Part shown: one piece after another, positions 53,871 to 64,000 of the stretch
How positions within the stretch are numbered: the stretch's first letter is position 1
Layout of the letters: the number at the start of each line of letters is the position of its first letter
Origin: Octopus vulgaris
Lineage: Eukaryota
Length of the DNA stretch: 64,000 bases
Assembly: GCA_951406725.2 (NCBI GenBank)
Contig: OX597821.1
Span: forward strand, 68,138,001-68,202,000
Direction: 5' to 3'
Program-made: the position numbers and the translations under genes
Notes under the pieces: model-generated
What the model was told of the DNA's origin: nothing
What the model saw: the letters and a program-made list of their open reading frames with translations, nothing else
Database searches by the model: none

Positions 53871-54304
53871 ATATACACACGCGTACTTACATTACGAAAG
53901 CCACTGACACGTACGCACATACGAGCGCTCATATACACACATAGACATGCATTTATGCAATTGCATCTGCACGTGGTTTATATAAATATGCGTAAGTAAC
54001 TAAGGTTTATTAAACAAATAAGCTGGGAAATAAATCTAAAAGTGAAGGCCGTTTAGAAAAAGTATATATATATACACAAACGCATAGATACACACATAGA
54101 TACACGCTTATATATAGACGGAGAGAGGGATTCAAATCCTGCTGTTAATCTTAGAGTAGTCAATTCTATGGAAGTCACACTAAACCTTGAGTATTGATTA
54201 TTTCAAGCACTTTGGGAAACAAAATTCGTAACTCAAATACATTACAGAAGGATCTTGTATCACGCTAGTATTCAAGTATCTCGCTTAAGTTATAAGCAAA
54301 GAAA

Positions 54305-54354
<50 letters not shown>

Positions 54355-54356
<2 letters not shown>

Positions 54357-55050
54357 TCCGATAAAGAGATCTTGGATAAGGCAACCTCCTACAAGAATGG
54401 AGCCCCGAACTAGTTTCAAACTTAAAATCAACGACACCTACTAGAAACTTCTGAGTGGCTCAATGTAGCGCTCGCTTTTCACAGTACAGCTATCTTTCAA
54501 ACAAATGTTTAAAAAAAGCGAGAAAAAATGAGGCTCTTGTCATTATCAAAAGCAGTCTCCATGAATATTTTGAGACGGTCATTGTCTTTTCAACTTCTTA
54601 GGCTCTATAGTATAGACGTAGCACCATTTCATGTACTGAGCCTTCATTTCTTGATCATAAACACATGACTACGATTCTTTCCCTGTCACTGTATCGGGGT
54701 AAAAGAAAACGCGTCGCTAATGGCTTCAAACATTTCCGCCATCTCTCCTTCAAATAGGGTGCCAATTTCCCAGGAGCCCATTCTACACACACATTCCAAT
54801 ACCAGAAGTTTACTACCATCTTCTGTAAAACAATGTGGTTTCAGTCAAGTTGTGTAGCAAGTTCATAAGAGTTTGCTCGTCAGTCAGTGTGAATGAATTT
54901 GTCTACTTGTTAGCAATACGTGTCTGTGAATACAAGATGACAATGTTCTTTTTGTCTCCTTTGAACTTCTCCATTCGTCTGTGCTCATAGTTCTTGTCAA
55001 TGGTGCAGCCCAGTAAACGACCTGTAAGCCTTTGCCAATGATGGCACGTT
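54355..55050 (-). mobile_element. Highly decayed mariner transposase
   Basis: Frameshifted remnants WAPGKL, VTGKES and YDQEMKAQYMKW, matching WVP..L / VTGDESW / YDPETK.QS..W. Confidence 0.55.
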
Positions 55051-55197
55051 TTTTTCTATTTCGAACCCACTGTTTGCCCGCTATGAAAAACAAACAGAAG
55101 AGTTACTTGAGAGGAAAAATTACTCTACCAACACGTGTAATTGGAAAGGCCTATGTTTGTTATTAAAGCTGCATTATAGTCATCGTATATGTATGTA

Positions 55198-55338
<141 letters not shown>

Positions 55339-55511
55339 GAGATAGATATGACAAAAGAAGGAAAATGCACAAAATTTATGTATTTTCAATGTATTTTATA
55401 AGATAGAAAATTATTATAGTGTACCGGTTTCGCATTTTGCTAATCATGACTGAGGAATTGGTGAAAATATTGCAATTTTAGGAAATTTGAGTTCATGTTT
55501 GTATGAAAGTT

Positions 55512-55553
<42 letters not shown>

Positions 55554-55562
55554 CCATATATA

Positions 55563-55690
55563 TAAAGTTGAAATTTACAGAAAAACAAAAGACGAAGGCA
55601 AGTGTATGAACAACAAGCAGGAGTATTAGTTTGACGCTCGGGAAAGTGAGAAAGTCTTTTACGTTTCGAGCCCTCGCTCTTCAAAAGAAA
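55563..55690 (-). mobile_element. Penelope-like family P1 3' end with decayed hammerhead
   Basis: Reverse complement of 41522-41648. Confidence 0.8.
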
Positions 55691-55692
55691 TA

Positions 55693-55892
55693 ATATGCTG
55701 GCTTTGGGTAAAAGAAACTACAGGAGGATTAGTTAATTATAATATTATTCAACAAACTCCACTATCGCATTCACACACATACTGTAACGGTACTTCAGTC
55801 TTTGAAAGCCCTGTAAAAGAACTCGGATGGTTGGGCCTCCAGCTAGGACTTTCGCGATACCCTTAAAACCAGAAACTTTTCAGTAGCCCACG
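55693..55892 (-). mobile_element. Mariner-derived MITE (same family as 62143-62355)
   Basis: Shared internal sequence and TIR. Confidence 0.7.
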
Positions 55893-55950
<58 letters not shown>

Positions 55951-55951
55951 C

Positions 55952-56076
<125 letters not shown>

Positions 56077-56526
56077 CAGGTTTCTATTAGAGTATGTATG
56101 TGAGAGAGTGCGCTTGAAAAAGTTTATTATATTACGTTATTTATTCTACTTGGTATATTTTGAGACATAATTATTTCTTTCTGTTTGCTGCCTTGCCTTT
56201 TACCACTACCTTCAGCAAGTTCCATCATCTTCTTTTTCCTCGTCTTCATCATCATCATCATCATATTCATCACTACCATTACCATCATCATCATCAGCAG
56301 CAGCATTATCATCATTAATTGTTGTTGTTGTTGTTGTTGTTCTTATTGTAATCTTCTTACATATCAATTGTGTGTATTTTTCTACATGCATTTTTTCTTA
56401 CCTTTTGCGTTAAGCTATTTTTACGTAACCAAACAAGGAAATAATTCTAAATAATATATATGAATATGTGTGTTTGTGCCCGTGCGCACATTCATATACA
56501 TAGATATAGTATTAAACATATGCATT

Positions 56527-56589
<63 letters not shown>

Positions 56590-56596
56590 TGTATGT

Positions 56597-56641
<45 letters not shown>

Positions 56642-57110
56642 GACGGAGGAGAGAGAAAGAGAGCGAGAGAGACAGACAAAAAGATAGACAGACAAATAGA
56701 TAAATAGGCGGATATATATATACATCTATATATTTATATATACATATACATATACGTACGTATATATGTGTATGTATGTACTTATGCATACGTATATAAA
56801 AAATATGATTTTATATGAATATGTAATAAATAAGGGCCAAGCTAAAAACTCATCTTCCCACACATTCAAATACTTTTAGATCTTAGATCCACATATATAA
56901 GTGTGTATGTATCTATAAAAGTGTATATGTGAGAGGATATACGTATGCGTATGTGTATCTAGACACAGATAGATAGATAAATATATAAAATATTTAAATG
57001 TACCTATACATGTAAAGATAGATGTTTATATATATATGTATATATATATGTGTATATATATTTATATACATACATATTTATGTATGTATGTATGTATGTA
57101 TGTATGTATG

Positions 57111-57142
<32 letters not shown>

Positions 57143-57865
57143 GAGAGAGTGTGGGAGTTATATAGTTCAATAACCCTGCTTATAGAAATATAAACAAGGA
57201 ATGTGTTCTAATTTATTAATATTAACGGAATATTTGTTTAATAAAACATATTTAGTATTTTCTCTTGATTTCTGTTTGACTCATGTTATGCTTCTACCTT
57301 TGTTTTTCTGTATGCATTATGTATGTTTTTATTACAAATCTGCGTTTTAAAATGTTATTGGCAATTTACTTTCATTTTCTTTTTTTATTAGGACTTTTGT
57401 TGTCATTATTATTGTGAAGGTGGGTGTTTGATTATTGCTTGTGGATCTAAATCTGTGATATCCTGTATATTTACTGTACATATAAAGCGCATTGTATGGT
57501 AACATGCAACACAAAATGCATCATACACCATATAAAGACATAATTACAGAGACACTGTAAAATGTGTTTGTTGTGCATATATACATTTACATATATATAT
57601 ATATATATGTGCATATATAGATTTACATATATATTTACTTTCATTTTCTTATTATTATTATCAAAGAATGTATATTATTATCAAAGAATGTATATATGCA
57701 TTGTAATTTTTTGTACCTAATATTTTAATGAACTTTTTAATATTTTCCCAAGATTTTTCCTTGTAAACTGTTTTTAACATGTTCTTATTATTATCAAAGA
57801 ATGTATATATGTATTGTAATATTTTGTGACAACCAATACCTAACACAACAAAGCTTTTACATGCT

Positions 57866-57907
57866 ACTTTTGACAATCTTTTTGTAAAGAAGTGAAACCG
57901 ATCAAGT
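57866..57907 (+). ncRNA. Decayed minimal hammerhead
   Basis: ACTT-TTGACAA-TCTTT..AAAGA-AGT-GAAAC-CG-ATC-AAGT, about 90 bp before (TA)n. Confidence 0.45.
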
Positions 57908-57993
57908 GAATAAATATCTTTTAAAATTGCATTTTCAAACCTTCTTTCATATATAATTCCACTCATGCGGAACCTTACAACTTCACTTTTTTT

Positions 57994-58068
<75 letters not shown>

Positions 58069-58215
58069 GAGTAGTTGAGTGAATTATCTTATTATGGATA
58101 ATTCGGTTAACCGATACCAGGGTAGCAAATTCACGTCAGAGAAACACGGTTGAAGCTACATGCCTAGGGCAGAGATCACGTGCTATCGTGTGGAAATTTG
58201 TGTGTTTTTTTAAAT

Positions 58216-58282
<67 letters not shown>

Positions 58283-58283
<1 letters not shown>

Positions 58284-58746
58284 TAGCCGTAGTACCCGAC
58301 GTTGCACGGGTCTTAATAAATTACCATTCAAATGCCGAAAGATGAGGCGTTTCACCTGAGAAAATTTTTCAGCCCTACCTCGGCTACCGCGTTCGCGCAA
58401 TGCTCTTCTGATTTCAATACTTTACTCTTCAGCCCAGCGCAGATTAGAACCATACACTTACGAATGAGGCCATAGAATGAAGCACACATATAAACGTATA
58501 GGAAGAGAATGAGTTGAACAATTTCAGCGTTTCCTAAGGAGGTTAATGGTCAACAGTTGGAATGTCGACCTCAAGAGGTTCATGCAACACGTGGCCGCCA
58601 TGCGTATTGTAAATTGGTATCCTTTCCGTTGAATTGGTCACTTTTAATGTTATGAATAAACATACTTGTGATAATCGACCGTATAGAAGGCAGCAGAAAT
58701 GTCCTCAAATATGCGATACCTAACCTGCCTTTCCGCTGGTCCGTTT

Positions 58747-58760
<14 letters not shown>
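58283..58760 (-). mobile_element. Non-autonomous Helitron-like element
   Basis: 3' hairpin ACCCG TGCAACGT CGGGT followed 7 nt later by CTAG|T; 5' end merges into (TA)n. Confidence 0.7.
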
Positions 58761-58789
<29 letters not shown>

Positions 58790-58792
<3 letters not shown>

Positions 58793-59242
58793 TGTACCCC
58801 CGCTTATTTGCGGAACTAATAATTGTTCGCAGAAGCCATTGCATATTCGCGGAATCGTAAACATCGTCCGCGTTTTATATGACATTTTTCGTGGCAATAT
58901 ACATTTTTTCAGTTTTAAGGCTAAACTATTAATAATGATATACCGTATTTGCCAGTTTACTTGACGCCCCTTCGCAGCGAATAGATTAGAATATTCTGAT
59001 TAGAATAGCCACACATCACGTCGCTTGATTTTTTTTAGATACAAGTACACTGTATCTCGTATCTCTTATTCCTGCTTTCAATCAATGCTTGCCAATTAGT
59101 TAAGCGACTACCAGCGCACTTTTTTAAAATCATCACTGCATTTGATCATTCACAATGTTTATTTCAACAGGATAATTTTTAAGGTCGTGAGCCAATACAG
59201 TCTCATTGAAATTAGGTTACTTTCTGGTCTCTCTCTGTCTCT

Positions 59243-59297
<55 letters not shown>

Positions 59298-61150
59298 GTA
59301 TTATCATAGTATAGATTACTGTATCTTGTGGTAATACAAACTAAATTCAAAACCATGATTATTTTTAATCCCTGCTTAATCTCCCATTGGTTGTATGCGC
59401 ATATTAGACGCAAAGAAGACTTTTTTCTTGTTTTTTTTTTTGTTTTTTGAAAAATTGCTTCCAGTAGCTATCTCCAGTATTTTGTTGAGTGCTGTGTTTT
59501 TTGTGGCGCGTTATTAAAGCCCTAAGATGCCGCCCAAACGCCCTACACCTTCTAAGACTTCTGGCAGTGAACTTAAGCACCAGAAAGAGGTTATGACGCT
59601 CCATGAGCAGGCGCAACTGCTGGATGTGTTCCGGGAAGGTAAAAGTTATGCTGCAGTCGGTCGCTGTTATGTTGTCAACGAAAGCACCATACGCTACATA
59701 AAGAAGAATGAGGTGGAGATCAGAACTACCGTAGCAGTAAGTTTCTGTGAATGTGCCAAAAAGATAACGATAGTGAGAAATAAGCACATTGTCAGGATGG
59801 AATCTGCCTTGAAATTGATGATCAGTGACTGCGAGAAGAAAAACATCCCCTTGGGCGGTAACATCATCTGCGAGAAAGCGCAGAAATTATGCCAGCAGAT
59901 CGACAGAGGAGGCGGAGCAGGGGGCACCGAAGAACTGCAACCTAGATCATCGACAGCACCGGGGCCCGAAGATTTTCAAACCAGTAAGGGATGGTTTGAT
60001 TGTTTCTAGAATTGATTTAAAATAAAGTGTGTTTCTCTACATGGAGAAACAGCATCAGCCGACAAAAAAGCTGCCGAGAAGTACCTCAAGACCTTCAGTT
60101 AGATCACCAAGGACAAGGGATACAAGCCGGAACAGGCTTTCAGTATCGACGAGACTGGCTTGTTCTAGAAGAAGATGCCTTCCAGAGCGTACATCATGAA
60201 GGACGAAGCTAGATCCCCAACATTTAAGGCACAGATGTACAGAATGATACTAATTATATGTGAAAATTCTGTCGGCTTCATGATGAAACCAGGACTTATC
60301 TACAAGTCCGCGAACCTGGGGGCCTTCAAACCTAAGAATAAAAATTTGCTGCTTGTCCACCTGATGCACAACACCAAGGCCTGGATTACCAAAAGTCTAA
60401 CTTTGAATTGGTCCCAACAGTGCTTCAGCCCTCAAGCCAAGGAATACCTCCCAAATGTTTGCATGGAATTTAAGATGTTGATAATTATGGATAACGCTGG
60501 TGGTCACTTTTTGGATTTGAATCACGAGGGAGTTCAAGTCGAGTTCCTCCCTGCCAACACCACTCGCCTCATCCAGCTTATGGATCAAGGCGTGATAGAT
60601 ACTTTCAAAGCACTTTACACTCGAAACTCTCTCCAACACCTTGTGGACACAATGGAATCGGACGAGAATTTCAAGTTAAAGGAGTACTGGCGTAACTTCA
60701 CGATTGCAACGTGCCTGTCAGTCATCCACGCTGCTCCTAAAGACATGAAAAAAGAAACCCCCCATCTCTTGCTGAAAGAAGATGTGCCCATATATGTCCA
60801 GGACTACGAGCGTTTCTCACCTGAAGATATTCAGCACAAGGCTGTCGACAATGTGGTGAAACTGGTGAAACATATGAAGAATGTGGTGAAACACCTGACG
60901 AAGAGGCGTCACCTGAAGAGGTTTAAGTTTTCTTTGCTGTGCAGTCATTACGTTCATTATTCTCATCATCATTGTCTTAAATCAATATCATTCAATATTG
61001 GTGAATAACAGTACATTTTGCTTTAATTTTCATTAGATTATCATTAAATACTATATATATGATATTTTACGTTATATTTTGACATTTATAGGCATTTTAA
61101 CGAACCACGTCCAATATTCGCGGTTTTTCACTAATACCGGGGGACTACTG
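58790..61150 (+). mobile_element. Tigger/pogo DNA transposon, near full length
   Basis: Ends CAGTGTACCCCCG and CGGGGGACTACTG; internal transposase pseudogene. Confidence 0.88.
59527..60900 (+). pseudogene. TIGD1/Tigger-like transposase pseudogene
   Basis: HTH-psq (VNESTIRYIKK), FQTSKGWF, SLHGETASAD, DETGLF, MDNAGGH, FLPANTT.LIQLMDQGVI; in-frame stops near 60007 and 60166. Confidence 0.9.
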
Positions 61151-61229
61151 TCTATATATGTACACTTATATATATGTGTGTGTTTGTGTGTGTGTGAGTA
61201 TACTTATATATATATATATATATACATAC

Positions 61230-61285
<56 letters not shown>

Positions 61286-61293
61286 GTATATAC

Positions 61294-61327
<34 letters not shown>

Positions 61328-62142
61328 CATACACTGTATATAATACAGTTAAGAGAATTAACTGTCTATGTCAGTGAAATCAGACAATTTTTTTTAAACT
61401 CACTTAATTTTAAGCTTATCAGTTTTAATATCTGTTAAAAGTGCATAATTTTTTAATTTTTTTTATAATTTAATAATTTTTAAAATTTATAATTATTTTA
61501 TAGTTTTATTTTCATTTATGCTAGATCCCTCTTATCTGTCCACGACAGCTTTTTCTCAATTTCATTACAATCATTTTCTCTACCTCCATTCCCAGAATGG
61601 AGCAATAGTTTAACTGCTCTTAAAGAACGCATTTAGTTAAGCAGTGCAAGAGATACCTCCTGAAATGCTTCAAAATGTGTTTCGCAACGCTAAGGATAAA
61701 TTTGAAATTTTCAGGGTTACAGACGGAGCACATGTTGAAAATTTTCAATAAAGTTTTGACGTAAGATCTAGAAATATATTTGTTTTAGTATCATTATTAA
61801 GTGATAAACATAAAGTTTTTTCAGCTTTTTTTAAAGAAAAATTGCCCGATTTCATTGAAATAGTTCATTCTGGGATAACCTCTATTATTTTCATATAGTA
61901 TCTTAAATTTACTCATGTAAAACATCATTTATGTTTGCAAATGGTTTGGTGTTAAAGAATGCTTCAATCATGAATGAGTGATGCCTTCCATATCTGGACG
62001 GTTCTTTCGTCTAAAACTATTCGTTAACATGGATGGCTGTTATGAGACTAAATATATATTTAATGTACAAATAATATATACACATACACACAACACACAT
62101 ATATATACGTATATACGCGCAAACATATATTTTATATACATA

Positions 62143-62355
62143 CGAGGGAATGCTGAAAATTCCTGGCTTTAAGGGTATCATGAAAGACCTGGATGTAGGC
62201 CCATTCTACCGAGTTCTTTTACAGGGCTTAGAAAACTGAAGGACCGCTGCAATAAGTGAATGAATCTGAGAGGGGAATATGTTGAGTAAAATCATAATTA
62301 ACAGATCCTCTGTATTTTCTTTTAACCAAAACCAGGAACTTTTCAGCACCCCTCA
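62143..62355 (+). mobile_element. Mariner-derived MITE
   Basis: TA|CGAGGGAATGCTGAAAATTCCTGG ... CCAGGAACTTTTCAGCACCCCTCA|TA. Confidence 0.85.
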
Positions 62356-62471
62356 TACACACACACATACACGTATACATGCATGCATACATACATACAT
62401 GCATGCATGCATGCATGCATGCACGCATGCATACATGCATACATACATACATACATACATACATACATACA

Positions 62472-62505
<34 letters not shown>

Positions 62506-62972
62506 CATACATACATACATGCATACATGCACGCATGCATACATACATACATACATACATACATACATACATACATACATACATACATACATACATACAT
62601 ACATACATACATACATACATACATACATACATACATACATACATACATACATACATACATGCATGCATGCATGCACGCATGCATACATGCATACATACAT
62701 ACATGCATACATACATACATATATACATACATACATACATACATGCATGCATGCACGCATGCATACATGCATATATACATACATACATACATACATACAT
62801 ACATACATACATACATACATACGTATGTACATACATACATACATACATGCATGCACGCATACATACATACATACATACATACATACATACATAAATACAT
62901 ACATACATACATACATACATACATACATACATACATACATACATACATACATACATACATACATACGTACAT
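62356..62972. repeat. (CATA)n/(CATG)n compound microsatellite
   Basis: Direct reading. Confidence 0.95.
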
Positions 62973-63605
62973 TTGTTTATCTAAAAAACCAGAAGTGGTC
63001 TCTTGGATACATTAATCTTCTAGTTTGAAACACTTTGCATTTGTTTGGTAATTTCTAGAAAGAAGAAGACTCACTCAGACAGGCACAGCGGGAGAAGTGC
63101 AATAAAGGAGCAAGAAAGAGAAAACAGATGGACAGGGGAGGGGAGAGAGGGGGACGGATAAAGAGAGAGTGAGAGAGATTGTGAGACGGACAAACAAGTC
63201 TCAAACGGCAAGCATTACAGAAAGAAGTGATGTACGGATAAGAAGAGGATAGCTGAGTGATAAAGACATGTGACTCCATTAACAATATCACACACTCACC
63301 ATCACGACGACTACCATTATCCACAAACCAGCCATTCTTTTGTTATACCATTATAACAATATAAAGTAACCCCATTTCGAGATACAAAACTGCCATCACA
63401 TCTTTCAACCATCGTCTCATATTTTTTTATTCAATGACATTTTTAACTTGTTCTTCTGTTTTATTTTATTTTATTTTTGTCGGGTGGTTGTTGTCATCAT
63501 TAGCGATATTTTTGTTTATGTTGTTGTTGACGTCGTTGGTGTTGTTGGCGTTGACGCTGTAAATATCCTTATTTTTGTTGCTGTCATTAATTAAGTCTCA
63601 TATTG

Positions 63606-63797
63606 AAGGCAACGTGCTGGCAGAGTCGTTAGCACGCCGGGCACAATGCTTAGCGGCATTTAGTCTGTCTTTACGTTCTGAGTTCAAATTCCACCGAGGT
63701 CGATTTTGCCATTCATCCTTCAAAGCTGAATACTGGGGTCGATGTAATCGACTTAATCTCTTCCCCCAAAATTTGAGGCCATGTACCACCAGTAGAA
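63606..63797 (+). mobile_element. Family A SINE
   Basis: Same head and body as 4862. Confidence 0.8.
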
Positions 63798-63814
63798 ATT
63801 ATTATTATTATTAT

Positions 63815-63846
<32 letters not shown>

Positions 63847-64000
63847 TTTATGATTATTATTATTATTATTATTATGGTTTGGATCAGGTCCGGTCTTATT
63901 CCTAGTAGGATTTGTGTGGGTAGTAGGTTATTACCAGTAACTTTAGGTATCCACAAGTTATCAGCAGTCTTTGAAGTGCTTAGAACCCTCCTAATAATCT

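Noticed and set aside
59527-61008. Domesticated TIGD host gene
   Set aside because: In-frame stops and retained TIRs indicate a dead transposon

Overview
AT-rich, microsatellite-saturated animal genomic DNA. The SINE families and simple-repeat load suggest an octopus, which is an inference. Nearly all ORF-track entries are translations of (TA)n, (CA)n, (CATA)n or (GATA)n tracts. Real content: (1) a near full-length CR1-group LINE (8127-13009, minus) inside a (CATA)n tract, whose single long ORF joins a Myb/SANT-like helix bundle, four CCCH zinc fingers, an AP endonuclease and RT, with a UUUUUUA slippery site at the hidden ORF1/ORF2 junction; (2) about a dozen intact or decayed minimal type I hammerhead ribozyme motifs from several unrelated Penelope-like 3' ends, many in fold-back (palindrome + tail) cassettes at (TA)n tracts, two linked to GIY-YIG or RT remnants; (3) decayed R4/Dong, RTE, Tx1, Tigger/pogo, mariner, DD41D, maT and Helitron pieces, MITEs and many SINEs; (4) one possible host first exon with a signal peptide (252-1023, minus). 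Everything was read by eye; no database search was run.
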